A DNA stretch of 64,000 nt from Podarcis melisellensis (taxonomy: Eukaryota). Location: NCBI GenBank assembly GCA_964234715.1, contig OZ174276.1. One strand, given 5' to 3'. Made by a program: the position numbers and the translations under genes. This document shows positions 40,801 through 54,413 of this stretch, piece by piece (positions within the stretch are counted from its first letter, which is position 1; every line of letters begins with the position of its first letter). Under the pieces are notes generated by a model. That model was not told the DNA's origin, made no database searches, and was given only the letters and a program-made list of their open reading frames with translations.

Positions 40801-41359
40801 CCTAGAGACGCCTTTTGATTGTCATTGTGCTAGTTTTTCCGGTTGCTCCAAATCACCTTCACGCCAGCACAGAAAACTCTGGGGCACAGAGGAGATTATT
40901 TGCTGTGGCAATTTCCTGTGGGCAGGAGCTGGATCATCGATACCTTCCTTTCCTTGGTATTACAAAGAGAACAAGGCACACAGTGGAGTGCCTGGTAACT
41001 GTCCCCGTCAGCAGCTTTCTCAGACCTTGAAGTGTCCTCAAAAGCTACCGTATTGATGATGCGAAGCAGGTGCCGCCAAGGGTGGTTGGAGGAAAAACCG
41101 GCTTCGTACACACAGACAGCTGATATCGACTCACTTTCCTTACACTGCTGCTAGCAACGCAAGCCAGGAGCGGCAAAGTCATGTGCAATGGAAACGGAGA
41201 GAACGGAAAGGAGGGAGGGGGAACGCCTTTTAATACCAAAAGAAAAAGAACAGCACCTGTGCCAGTATAAAACTAGCTACTTCCAAGTATCTCTTGCTTT
41301 CTGCAGAACCAAGGGAACTAGAGGGGTGGTAAAATTGGGCCAAAACAAATGTGATACAG

Positions 41360-41745
41360 GAAGATTTGTGATTAGATCTTCTGACATCTTCAAGGCAGCT
41401 GAGAGGGGAGGGGTGTGTGCTAATTTGATTTGGGAAGTGGCGCCAGTGGAGGGGATGTTTAACCCTTTCAAATTGGCACCATTTCCCTGTACTGAACCCT
41501 CCCCTCTGCCCAGAGTCACCATTAACTGAACAGGGAGCAAAATGCAGTTATCTTTAAGGTGCTTGCATTTCTCTCTCTCCATGGGGTGGGAGGGTGTCTG
41601 GTTGACAGTAAGAGTAGGGGCATTGGAAGGGTTAAAACACATCCTCCAGCAGCGCCACTTCCCAGATTAAATTAGCACACACACATCCTCCCTCACTTGT
41701 TCTCAAGAAAAGGAGAAAAATCAGGAGATCTGATGACAGATCTCG
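41360..41745. mobile_element. Long imperfect inverted repeat, probable old MITE
   Basis: gtgtgtgctaatttgatttgggaagtggcgc..ggagggatgtttaacccttt pairs with aagggttaaaacacatcctccagcagcgccacttcccagattaaattagcacacac. Confidence 0.7.
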
Positions 41746-44192
41746 GACACCACGTCTGTTACTCTGCACTGCCTTCATCTCTAAGGAACCAAATTCTCAT
41801 CTGGACTGAATCCACAAGAGAGAAAAAATTGCTAGTGAGCAAATCAGAGACTTAGGCAAGGGGCTTCCAATCTGATTTACACATGATGCTATGTATGATC
41901 TGTGCTCATGCATGAGGACAAAGAGCAGGCTCACAACTGCTGCCACCCCATCAACTCTATACCAGCTTTTCCCACAGCAGTCATGATTGACATGCCCACT
42001 GCAAAATGGGAATATTTATCTCCCCATCACACTTTACACCTTTACTAGACCAGTGTAAGAAGGAACCAGTTCTTCCTATACAATATGTGTGTGTGTTTGC
42101 TGAAGGGGGGTGTTTTTATTTTTGTTCAGGAGTGGTTGTGGCGATTGGCCTATCAATATATATCTTAGGATAAAAGAAGGCAGGGATGTGTCACGTTCTG
42201 TACCAGATGTGAACCACATTCTTCTCTAGAGATCATAAAAATCCAGCAAATGGCATTGATCTTCTCAACACAACATCCTAAACAGAACAGGGAAGTAGAA
42301 CATCTGTCCACACTCTTGTTCAGGCTGGATGTAAGACTAGCAAAATGATGTGATGGTGCGGAACAAACCAACAATAAGTCGCCGCAGGAACATTTGTAGC
42401 ATGTTATATCATGGCTCTGAATCATAAGTCATCAGACCCTCTAATAGAATATATCACATATCACAAGGAATGAACAGGAACTTTGTTGAATGCAGGGTGT
42501 GTGCAATGGACTTCCTACCCATGACTCGGTTTGCTCTCCTCTCCTCACCCTCCCAATACATGAACTACTTTATTAAGTGGATTGCACTATGATTGCGTTT
42601 CAGTTCTTACAGACACTGCTCTAGCCCAGTCAAGTGCTGCTAGAGAAATCTGGCACTCTTACTAACCCTAGCTGACCATCCCTGCTGCATCAGGAAAAAT
42701 GCTAATGGGCCACCATTTTTGGCATCCTGAGTTCGGTACGAATGGAGAGTGGCTCTGAGCCATGTTGGCTGTGATGTTGCGTTGTGAAGTTACTGAAAGT
42801 CAGAAGCCCAGCTGAACTAGAACTTCTACTTTCAGTAAATCCAAGGGATGGGGATAATCCATGTTCAGCAATTTGTTGTTGTTTTTAACAAAAAAAAGTT
42901 ACAGAAGTTCACAAGTTCAGAGATCTCAACCCACTTTGGGGTGTTTGCTAAGCAAGTCAGGTGTTTCACACTGTGCCTCTCAAGGATGGTGCAGGGAGGG
43001 TCATTGCAGGTCAGTGGGCAGACTCATGCAATAAAGCAGGATGCCCCCAATCCCCAGCAAAAGTAATGTAGAAAATGGAGATGTCCCAGAAATACATGTG
43101 CGGTATTTACTACAAATGTTACTACAAATTTCCTTGCAACTACATGAAAGCTTTGCCAAACCAAATGAGCTGACAGCCAAACTCCTTGGATTTCTTGGAG
43201 CTGACTCTCCTCTGACCCTCCTTTGCTGAGTGCCAAACTCCCAGTGTGTTTTTGTGGCTTATGCTGGATCTTCTCTAAAAGCTTCCTCCAGCAGTGGCGC
43301 CAAGGAAGACAAGAAAAGGAAGCAGTGAAAATCATCAGTATTGTGTAGCAAAATCCACTGGTTGTGCTGCGAAACTCCTTTGGTCTGTGCATCTAAATAC
43401 AGCATCTGAACTTATTACCAAGCCTACTGCTGGGCTTGGTTCTAGATGAGCCAGGATGCTTCTGATAAGACTCCCCATGTTCCCAGCAATAATGCAGAAA
43501 TGAATATGCAGAGATAGATGCAAGCGTCTGGCGAGGGCACCTCAGACAGTAGCCACAAAAGGGGAAAGGAGAAGGAGTTTGCAACCCACAAAAAATCTTT
43601 CTTCCATCAAGACTTTAAACATGCATGGGCTACGCTGTACACAAGCCAGGAGGAAAAATCTGAATGGGTCCCCCACTAGGTACCGTCATATCCATCTGCA
43701 GGCAAAGAATAAGCTACAGGAGGGGATAAAAGGTGATGTCCTCTCTCTTTTTAAAGTGGAATATAAATAGGATTTAAACAACGCCACCCATTTATAGTGA
43801 GTCTTTCTAAAAATTGCTCAGTTTGCATTGTCTAAATTTAATACAAACAGGTTGTGGTCCAAAAAGAATAAATAGAAGAGTATTTTGCATGGTGAAAAAC
43901 CTGTATCTGCTCACATTTTGAATTTGCAATCCTAGTTATTAGAGACTATTCTCCATTGAACTTTTTTCTTCTTCAAATAAACATGTAGAGGATTTCACTG
44001 CACACATTAGAAAGGTTAAGTGTGGATGAGGCCATAAATGAGCTGTAGCACTATAATAGAAGTGGTTGCTGCTGTATCCATTACTAGCTCCTATTAATGT
44101 AGCCTGGTTCTCTGAATTGCAGCTTCTGGAAAGGACTTTTGCACAGTGGTGGAGCTTCTGGCCCCTGCATCCTGGAACCCAATAGCCTAGGT

Positions 44193-44446
44193 CATGAGTA
44201 GGCAAACTAAGGTCTGGGGGCCAGATCCGGCCCAATCGCCTTCTAAACCCGCCCTGTGGACAGTCCAGGAATCAGCGTGTTTTTACATGAGTAGAATGTG
44301 TGCTTTTATTTAAAATGCATCTCTGGGTTATTTGTGGGGCATAGGAATTCGTTCATAATTTTTTCCCCAAAATATAGTCCAGCCCCCCCCACAAGGTCTG
44401 AGGGACTGTGGACCGGCTCCCTGCTGAAAAAGTTTGCTGATCCCTG
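44193..44446. mobile_element. hAT (Charlie-like) MITE, 254 bp
   Basis: Perfect 8-bp TSD GCCTAGGT at 44185-92 and 44447-54. Imperfect TIRs CATGAGTAGGCAAACT / AGTTTGCTGATCCCTG. Confidence 0.9.
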
Positions 44447-45635
44447 GCCTAGGTCTTGACTCCTTGCTGGGGTCTAACAAGAGAATTACAAAGGCCCAAC
44501 TGGAATTACAAGAAGCTGCGATGCAGTATCGCCTGAAAATACTATGCTAGGCTCCAAAGAAGGGTTGCACGTTAGTGGGAGAGAGAACCACATACCTTTT
44601 GTTTTGCTCATGGCATTTCCCACAGCTAAAGAGGCAAGGCACTCTTCAGTTGAGAAACAGCTTGTCTGTGGTGGGAAATACTACAAGGAATCCAGCAAGG
44701 AAAATTCCAGTTTTCTGGCTTTGAGCACATCTTTAGACCTTGATGTGTACTTACAAGATTGTGTTAGCAAAATGTACAGATCCTAGCTTACTGAGTACAC
44801 AACGTATAAGTGGCTGAGCAAAACAAGCATCTTGCAGCACAAAACCCAACACAGGGGCCATTTCAAAGGCTTGTTAGCTGGTCCTCAAAAAGATTTTCAA
44901 GCACAATGAGAAAAAATTAGTTTCCATCTCTCGTTGACAATAGCTTCAATCAACACACCCCAAGACATTCAGAATTTAACTGGAGTGTTTGTGCTTTTAA
45001 ACACACACACACACAAACACACACAGCCAACAGGCAACCATGCTTGTCATGACAATTGCTAGCGAATCTGAACTGCAGCAGTAGCATGATAAATCTTCTT
45101 ATTCCCCAATTATATACATTTTCTTTTCTTTTCTTTTTAAAAAGTCAAACATTAGTCACAGCTGAAGAAAAAAAACATCACCAGATTGTTCTGCCTGCAA
45201 CAACACCCTCAATACGCACTTGGCATCCTTTAAGTAATAGAGACAAGAGACAAACAGGATGCCAAATTTCCATCGACTGCAGGAGCTCCTGGGCAACAAA
45301 GGATAGAGGTGCAAGCATGATTTTGAAAAGCCAGTGAGACAAAACCTTAGTAACTAGGTTTCAAGTATGCATGTTAAAAGACTTATCTGGAGGTAGGATC
45401 TTTACAACTTGCTTTGGGCATTCCCACCATGATTCCAATCAGCAGGGTGACCTGACACAGAATCTAGCTGCCAGAGTGTATTTAACACAAGGGCTCCCCC
45501 CCCCCCCGCCTTGCAGACCACTTGAAAATTGATGAAGGTCTTGGAGGACCACTTGATATTTTTTCTGCCTATTGTAGCAATTGTAGTGTGCTGTGCCAGG
45601 TGCTATATGATTTTTTAATTGTATTTTTATTGATT

Positions 45636-45669
45636 AAAGGTAAAGGTACCCCTGCCCGTACGGGCCAGC
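45636..45669 (-). mobile_element. Extremely 5'-truncated Sauria-type SINE 3' end
   Basis: aaaggtaaaggtacccctg is the reverse complement of the caggggtacctttaccttt tail seen at 54739-54757. Flanked by TGATT on both sides. Confidence 0.75.
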
Positions 45670-47494
45670 TGATTCTTATATACTGTATTTTATTATATTA
45701 CACTTTGAGCCCCATATGATTTGAATTACAATTGTAATTCAACAAGAATATTTAATATGTGATGGATGTGCCATCTCCAGTCTTCAACCACAAATCCATG
45801 GGTGCACCAAGGACCACCTCAATGAAGATCACAGCCCACTGATGGCCCATGAACCACAGTTCGGAAACCCCTGATCCAAAATACAGAGGTGTTTAAGATG
45901 AAAAGGAGTGCTTATAAAAGCCACCACTGTTGGACATCCACAATAAATGCAGGTTGAGCAGAGCCTGGTTTGTGGCCTGGGACAAGTAGGCTATGAACTA
46001 GGCCAGCTTGACTTGCACCTTGAGCAGCTGTTGCTCACTTCACCACCTCCACCTGCCCTTGCCCCCATTCCAGGGCCACCAAACTTACCTGGGGCAAAGA
46101 AGAAGGAGCCAGTGCAGAAGGCAGCAGGTGCTGCAGCTTCTCAGCTCTAGGAACCTTTTTGGACTCAGGAATAGGATAAAAAAAAATTAAATAAAATAAG
46201 CACCGGTAAGCAAATGTTTCACTATTCAAAACTACAAGAAAGCAGTAATTACAGCCAGTTCCCAACCCCCAGCAAGAATAGAAACTTACATTAAAGGGTG
46301 ATTAAGGAAGCTAATAGGGGAAGTTAATGGGCCATCCTTCATTAATCCCACAGAAAGCAATAAAAGGGTAGAACCAGTATGTAGGAAAGTTTTAATTAAA
46401 GGTGCAGGAGTTCTGAAAAGCATCAATAGCACTTTGCCTGTTCACACTGGACAGGCCAGCACTGCAACTGTCTATGTAATATTTTTTAATGCCACAGATC
46501 AGGTCTGAAAAAAACAGGAGGAGGCGTAGTCCAACACAGACAACACTGGAATACAACTGCTTTCCACAGAAGTTGTCTGGATTCTCCATGAATGTGAATG
46601 AACAAATTTCAGACCGAAGGGAAATAGCCTGGCCTCATCTGAAATAAAACCATGCCACTTAATTTTTGCTCACAAGAAATGCAAGTTGAGTCCAATGGGA
46701 CTTGCTCCCAGGATTGAAGTTTAAATGATCCTGGTGATTTCCTGGCCCCAGTCTCTAATCTAGTTTCTCACTCTGTGTCATTTTTTTCATTGCTGTCTCT
46801 GCTTGAAGTCCATTACCAAGGCCTCCATGGTGGATGGCAGTAAGACGACCCATCCTGTGCTAGCGACTGCTAACAAGATGACCCTCCATATACAACCCAT
46901 TGTAAACATTACCTTAGTGATGAGAAAATAGTCATGAGAATTGGATCTAAAAAAGCAAAGATAGGACTTTTGTACTCCTTTGGAAAAAAATGCACTTTGC
47001 CTTTCACACTGAGCTCAACAACTAGATCCTGATAGCATGAAAGTGATACCAGACACTGTACATTCGGGAGCATTTATAAAATAATTACTCCCCTTCCTTA
47101 AACAAAAATAATATAAGAGTATAACAGGGAAGGCAATTCTGTGTAACCTGAGCAACTTCCCCACCCACAGCTTTATCTGGATTTTTCACTTTCTTCTGGA
47201 GTTCTGCTACTTTGATAGGTTTCAGAAGCCACAAGCTCCAACAGTGAGCCAGGTATGGTATGGTAAACACTCGTCTATAGCAATGGTCTCTTAACTTCCT
47301 AGTTTCAGCAGCCTCTTTCCCATGTTAGCTTGTCTGAAGGCTTTCATGATTGCCTCCTGTTAAGAGTGAGAACACACCTAATTGTCTCCTGTAGCTGCGC
47401 ATTACAAGGGAAGATTTGGAATTGTGGGCAGAGTGCCTGTAGAGAAAGCCTGCCCATCTTTCTAGAACCTTTCCCATGGTAGAACAGTGAAGAA

Positions 47495-47612
47495 GAGCCC
47501 TAGCTCAGTGGTACAGAACACCTGAAACTCTGGAGAGTCAGAATAGACAATACTGTACTGAGTTAGATGTACCAGTGGTTTGAATAGGTATCAGGAAGCT
47601 TCCTTTGTTCCT
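47495..47612 (+). mobile_element. Internally deleted tRNA-derived SINE (same family as 9951-10140)
   Basis: tagctcagtggtacagaaca head joined to cctgaaactctggagagtcag..agacaatactg..ggaagcttcctttgttcct. Confidence 0.7.
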
Positions 47613-50167
47613 TACCCCTTCTGGGGAAAAAACCCTAGTTTTCCTGAACACAAGTCTGAAAACCCTTGACTTAGGGGTAGTAATTTCTGTGCCAACCACC
47701 CACATACACGCCCTCAGAACAGAAAAGGAGTTCTTGTCCATGCTCTTGTTTGCAAAGTTCTTTTGCAGGATATATTATTCTATGAATAGTGGCAATGGCC
47801 ATTTGTAGACTAATGTAGACCCCAACCTCTTTCACTGCAGTACCCGCACTCCCAACTGGAATCCAAGGCTAACAGAGAAGGAATTCTGAGCCCTTGGTTA
47901 GATTATGCAAAGTTATTGAAGCAAATGACACCAGTAAGGCTACTTAACCCACCAAGATCGCATAAATGCTACAAGGCACCATGTCAGATTGATGTGGCAT
48001 CTACAACACAGGAGATTTCATTCAGTTGAAGTTAGTTAGCGGTTTTAAATTTGAATATCCCAGCCCTACAGCCATATGCTCTCAGGGCAGCTAGCGCTCA
48101 GATAAAAGCGATTAACACAGCAGAAGTGTTTTATTTAAAAAAAAATTAAATTAGCAGGAAAAGTTAAAAACAAACAAACCACACATGCAAATCTTGCAGC
48201 AGTATAACACCCAAGTTAGATAATGTTTCGAAAGAACCTGGAAAATTAAGAAGGCAGCATTAAAAAGACACATAAAAGTAGGTGCCAGCTAAGTCCATGA
48301 TGTGGTGCCACAGGCAGGGAGACCCTCTCCCTTAGTTGACACACACCTAACTTCAGAAGGTGAGGGCAATTAGAGAAAAGCCTCTGATGCTTATCTTCAC
48401 AGGCAGGCATGTACATGTGGGAAAAGGCTGTCTTTTAGGTAACCGGCTCCCATACCCTGTGGAGCTCTAAAGTTAAGTACCAGCACCTTGAATTGTACAG
48501 AACTGTTCCAAAACTGGCAAGACACGTTCCCTTGGGCCAGTCCCAGTTAACAGTCTAGAGATGTTTCCTTTGTGTTCTTTCCGAATTTCAGAGCCTTCTT
48601 GTTGTTAGGAGGAAAAGATAAGAATAAAAGAGGGTGGGGCCCCCTTAGAGAAGCCTCAGCTGTGGCCTGGGAATGATTTTCAGCATTATTTTGGCCAGGC
48701 AATATATTTATATATATAGAGAGAGAGAGATCAAAAAGCACTGAATGCAGATAATTGTGCTAATTGCATGCACAAAGCACTCGGCTCGCTCTGAGCTGCT
48801 TGCTCACGGCCAGTGTCACTGAACCCACTTCAGCCAGCAATCTCCATGATGAATGAGAAGCGAGCATGATTTCATTGTCTGGCGAGGTTGAGAGAGGGAG
48901 GGAGAAGCGTGCTGTGCTTGCTAGCACCAGAGGCTCTTCCTCAAGTGCATGAGGGACACCCCAGCACAGAGTGCCCTATGCTAGTGTTGTGGAGGGGGGA
49001 GCAAGAGGGAGGAAGGGAAGAGATGCTGAACATGGAAGTAGGAAACAGCACCAAGCAACAGCACATGCATGAGCTTGCATCAAGGTGGCCAACCACTACA
49101 GTGAATTAATTAGATTAAGCAAAAACAGGCTACAATATATTTATTCCATAGAGCCCAAAGCTCTTCAACATCTTTCCAGAAAGACCCTCAAAGGGCCTCC
49201 TCTGGTCAGCAGGGGTTAAGAGTGGATGTTGTTCTTTAGGCTGCTGCCTAGAAATATTCTCAAGTCAGCCCTAATTGTGTCCTCCCACCAACTGAGCATA
49301 CTTTGGGCTCTCTCCTGCTTTAGCTTAGCAGGAGGCACATTCCACAATACAGGCTGTACCAAACCCCAGAAAGGAGGGAGCCTATTGCAAAAGGTTTTCT
49401 GGTTTTTTTAAAGGCTCATATTAGTTGCACAAACAGTCTAAACTGGCAGAGAATCTATCAATTAACCTAGAAGAAGGTTTTGCTGCTACTATCAGAGTTC
49501 TCAAAAAATGCAGTTGATAGAATCTAAGCCTGTGATCAAACCAATGTTCTTTCTAGTCCAGAGTTCTTCAGAACCCAGACTGCATCTCTTCCAAGGCATG
49601 AATCAAGCAGCCACCCAGTCTTTTCAGACAGACAGACAGAGAGCACAGTTCCAAGAATAAAGCATGCTTAAACTTAAAGGGATGAACATTTGTTTTGAAA
49701 AGGAAGGAGAAGCCAGCACAGCAAACAAGAAAAGAATAAAAATTGAGCACTCGGAGCTTATCTACAACTTACCTTTTGCCCTGCACTTTCTAGGCATAGG
49801 TCTGCACTATAAAGCTCCATGTCTCAGTGTTTATTTGGGGGGGGGAGGGGTTTGTCCCACTGCTTTATCCAGGAAGACCTTCTATTTAACACTGAATAGG
49901 AACAAACTGAAATTTGATTTTTTGGTGGATTGCTGTTTGCTCCGATTCAGCAGGAAAGAGCATGTTTTTGCAGGGAAAGTGTTGTGGCAAAAAAGAAAAA
50001 AGCACTTGGACAAAGTGCTTTAAAGCACAGGCCTGTGCCTAAAAACACAGCATGAAAGGAAGTTTGGATGAGCCCTCAGTGCAATTCTAACCACATGCAC
50101 CTTCTCCTTTAATTCTAACCACATGTCTTTTGCACCTGGTTGTTTGATAGATCTTGAGGTTCTAGTA

Positions 50168-50563
50168 CATGGGTGTCAAACACAAGGCCCGCGGGCTGAA
50201 TCCGGCCCTCCAGACCTCGTCATGTGGCCCGTGTAGCCGCCGCCAGCCTTCACCTTTTATTCTCACTTTTTTTTTTGACACAAGAAAGCCGCCTCTTCAG
50301 CGCATGCGCGGCAGCCTACAAGCCAGAGAACGTCTGCCCTCTAGCGGCGCCGGCCGTTCTACACAGGAAACCTCCACTTTACATGAATTCAGGAAACCTC
50401 GACTTGTTTTTATATTGAGCGCATGCCATCCTGTGATGTGACAGATCCAACGGCTGCCTGAACCCTTCTCTCCTGTACTGTAAGTCCTACAGATACAATC
50501 GGCCCTTTGAGGGTGACCAAACTGCTGATGCGGCCCCCGATGAATTTGAGTTTGACACCCCTG
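50168..50563. mobile_element. hAT (Charlie-like) non-autonomous element, 396 bp, CpG-rich
   Basis: TIRs CATGGGTGTCAAAC / GTTTGACACCCCTG, TSD TTCTAGTA / TTCTAATA (7/8), subterminal ggccc repeats. Confidence 0.9.
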
Positions 50564-51964
50564 TTCTAATAAAACAAAAATGAGGCAGATCCCAAAAACC
50601 TGCCCCCCACCCCCAGTTAGACTACCAATACCAATGACAGCTCAAATTGCATCCTCTTGCACAAGCCATGCAAGGCCCAAACAAATTATTAGGTGCGACT
50701 TTTGAAATGTTAATGAGCTAGCTCAGTCATTGTCAATGCTCCCAGCGAGTCTGGAAGTTGAACAATGGGAGACAGAACCATCCTTCCTGACCCCAGTAGG
50801 AAGCCTGCATCTACTGAGGTTTCCCTCAACCCCTTTAAACAACTAAAGAAATGCCTGAGAAAATATTGATTATAATGTGCAAGTTTTTTGCACACATCAT
50901 CATAAGCAGCAGGGCACAATTTGTATCAACAGTTTTCCCCTGGGAGATTCCTTCCACATACTGGGTGGCTCACCTAGAGATTTGCATTTGGAAAGCACAA
51001 TACTAGGTTGGAATTGTAAGAAGCATGTGCATACATATGCTATATCATAAGATTCATCACCATCAGATATTTAAAACCTTCTAACAGATTGCAGAACTAT
51101 AACAAATGTTGCTCAAAGGCATTATTTGGGTTCTAAGAAAATCCTTGGGAAAAAAATTCAGGGGGTTTATCTTTCACGGGAAGGGCCAAATAAAGGGACA
51201 ACTTCCTGTCTATGCGCTCTTGTGCAATACCATCATTACAGCAATGAATACTGCTAGGAACTGGCTCCCTGAAGCAACAAATGGGAAAACCCCAAGCCAG
51301 AAACTGGCTTGCAGTTTGCTCCATGTCCTCACATGCAACAAACACGTTGGGCGAAAGGGTGTGGGAGACTGATGTGTTAAGGCCGCAAAAGGAGATGTTC
51401 TTTGAGCTTACCACATGCAAATACTTATAACTGGAAAACTGCTAGTCCTATTCTGACTACCTGCACAGATCTGTTACTGTCCCTTGGTCCCACTACCAGC
51501 TTAAGCTCTTGCCAGTAAACTGCTACATTGATATCCATGGCTCCCAATTTATTTGTTCTCTCTAGCCCCTGGTCTGCCAATGCATCAATACTGCTATTGT
51601 AACCTAACCCACCACTGCACTGCAAGCTCCCACAGAACCAATTTTATCAGATGCATGAAGTGCTCAACAAAGTGGGTAGGATACCTTAATTATACCTAGA
51701 CAGCAGGTAAAAGAAGGGGGGGGGGATTGTGTAAGCTGTTCCAGAAGGGCAGCTATGAAAATGTATTGCAACAAGACAACAGAATCGTGAAGCATCTTTA
51801 AAGGCCAATGAATTTATTCTGACATCCAGCTTTTGTGCTTCAGAGCCCACTCCAAGTTTGGCAGAAGCTAGAATCCAACAAGCACCTGGCCTGCAAAGAA
51901 GAAGATTCGCCATCCCTGGACTAGAGGAAATACTGTTATGTGGCATCATCCATTCAGGTGATGA

Positions 51965-52070
51965 CATCTTGCATCTGATGAAGTGGGTGCTGACACACAC
52001 ACAAAAGTTTATGCCACAGTAAAGTCACTAGTTCTTGAGGTGCCACACATGACTCTTTGCTGTGTTTGCA
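51965..52070 (+). mobile_element. Penelope-like element terminal fragment
   Basis: catctgatgaagtggg...aaaagtttatgcc...tagttcttgaggtgccaca..gactctttgctgtgtttgc resembles recalled reptile Penelope ends. Confidence 0.55.
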
Positions 52071-52846
52071 GAAACAAAACAAACCTCTGAAGTTTCATCT
52101 GTTCTACAGTCTCCCCAGATCTACTCGGCATGCAAGAATAGGCTTTTCAGTGCTCTGAGAATTGCTCCAGCAACTGGGTATGTAATAGTGGAGATAAAGA
52201 ATGCTATTGTCTTCACCCGCTGCATAGACATGAGCATCAACACTTCCTTCTCAACTGAAGCTGGAAATACAGAGTAGTTACCTTAAACCTGCTATGTTCT
52301 GACCGTGATTTAATGGGAGCGGCCCTTTCACAGTAGACTTTGCAATGAGCAAATATCTTCCACGCGGAGGCCAGGCCTTTGGATCCTGGGTTGTTAGCTC
52401 TGGTCTATGCCCACGAATCTCTCATGAAGCTGTGCCAGCTCTTGAGGCCCTTTGCCTCAAAGGTACGGATTAAGTAGTATAGTGAGTTTCACAACCACCA
52501 CAGGGCTCTGCTGTTTTTCTAAGCTCAAGGGAAACTACCCAGTTTATAAATCAAGGAAGACTGCAAGAATGGGCCACCAGTGTTGAACAATGCCAGCATT
52601 ATGGAATACCAAGACAAATCTGCTTAATAACAATAGTCCTAAAATGGAGGTTGTGGGCTGGGTAAGCTCTTAGTTCAGCAGGATGGAGTAGGAGGGGGTA
52701 CGATAGTTCTCTGAAGGTTTTGTGTAATAGTAAGGCCTGAGTCTTGAACCCTTCAAAACAGAGTTCTTCTCACTTAAGAAGCAGAAGCTGAATTTAGAAG
52801 CCCTCAGAGGGTCTTCTGCAGACCCTGTGAAAGTGATGTAGTGTCT

Positions 52847-53061
52847 AACTAACTTGCTCTGTCACTGCAAAGATTTCTGCACAATCATTAAAACTTCCCC
52901 CCTTCTCCTTGCCCTGCACACACCCCATGCCCTCCCCAAATCTGCTCCAGAGAGTTGGGGAAATCCCCAGAACAGATTTAGGGGACATGTACAGGGGGAG
53001 CAAATGGGGGGGATTTCCACTGCACAAGTTGAAATCCTTGCAGTGACGGAATGAGTTAGTT
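52847..53061. mobile_element. MITE-like element with about 30-bp imperfect TIRs (partial relative about 53320-53465)
   Basis: aactaacttgctctgtcactgcaaagatttc pairs with gaaatccttgcagtgacggaatgagttagtt. Confidence 0.7.
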
Positions 53062-54413
53062 GTCTACTGCCCCATGTTCTTAAGTGTTTTGCTTCAAAAA
53101 CAATAGCTACGTAAATCACACAACAGTTCTGATGAAAAAAAAGCTGGTAGAAGCTTCTAACTGTGGATTTCTTGGGATAGTTGGTCTGGAAACAGTTTTA
53201 ATACTTGAGGCACACATTCATGGTCAGCTAACATGCATTAGTGATCATTCTAATACCTTTCAATTGGTCTATGACACTTACAATCTTGGTGTGGAATTCA
53301 ACATCATGCTCTTCCAATCATTCCACTTGCACAAAAATTTCAGTTTCCCAGAAGGAACAACCTCCCCTCTCCTCACTCCATGTGCTGCTCAGGGGGTTCT
53401 CCCAACACCCCCCTGAGATGGGGGTGGAAGACATGTTGCACAAGTGGAAATCCTTACACAGGGTTTCTATTTATGGGACTTGGCTAGGTGAATTCCATCC
53501 CATCCCTGGTTACTGAGGAGTTGTAAAAAATGGTGGATTTTCCATTGGGGGTTCTAATCTGTATGAGTGATTATGATCTTAAGTCCTAGGGTGGTAGTTT
53601 TTCTGATTAAATAGTAGGGGATATAAAAAAAGGTGATTTGGTATATGTTGTACTGGGAAAACTGAACCAAAACTCAAAATACAAAAGTGAGTTCGCTTAG
53701 AGAAGGACCTCTCTCTCCCCAGCTACAGTCTTTGGTCACTGGCACATGTTTAATTTGTCCAGCTGGCCATTTGGAACCAGTAAAAGGTCTTTAACAAGCT
53801 CCTGTGAACAGTGAGAAGCATAGACAGGAATGTCAACTCAGGACAAAAAACTCCTCCTGCGTAATTCATTCCATCTCTGAAATAGTCTAACTTAGTGGCA
53901 CCTCCAAGCTAGATGTGTAAAGTTATGGCAGACTGGGGGGGAGGGGGGTGTGGGGAGAGAGAAGGAAAAGGTGTAAGAGATAATTGCTCATCTCTTAGAG
54001 ATACGCACATCAACCCAGCCAAGGTGTTAAGCACACAGCTTCAGATTTCCTTGCTGGATCAAGAACTTCACAAACAGAATGAATCAAGATACACATCTGT
54101 ACTGCAATGCTTATAAGATGTAAGAAATCCATTATGGGTTCCCCATTTGTATTACAGTGCAGGTGGAAGCATGTCTTTCATCTGTACTTCAATGTGGATG
54201 GGAATGTACATCTCCAGCTACTTTCTCAGTGAATGTGTACATGATTGCACAGGAGTGCATCTTAACTAGGGATATGGTCTATATTGTGGTTTCTAACTCT
54301 GAGTTTTCCGTCAGCCAAATTAATGATTTCCCAGGCATGGTACAAGAAAAGGGGATGTTCAGAGTATTGTGAGAAGTTTCCTCTTATTATATATCAGGCA
54401 ATAAACCAACCCT

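Noticed and set aside
45947-46150. 67-aa Pro/Ala-rich plus-strand ORF followed by an A-rich tract (possible retrocopy)
   Set aside because: No recognisable homology or TSD. A tBLASTn/BLASTp hit would be needed.
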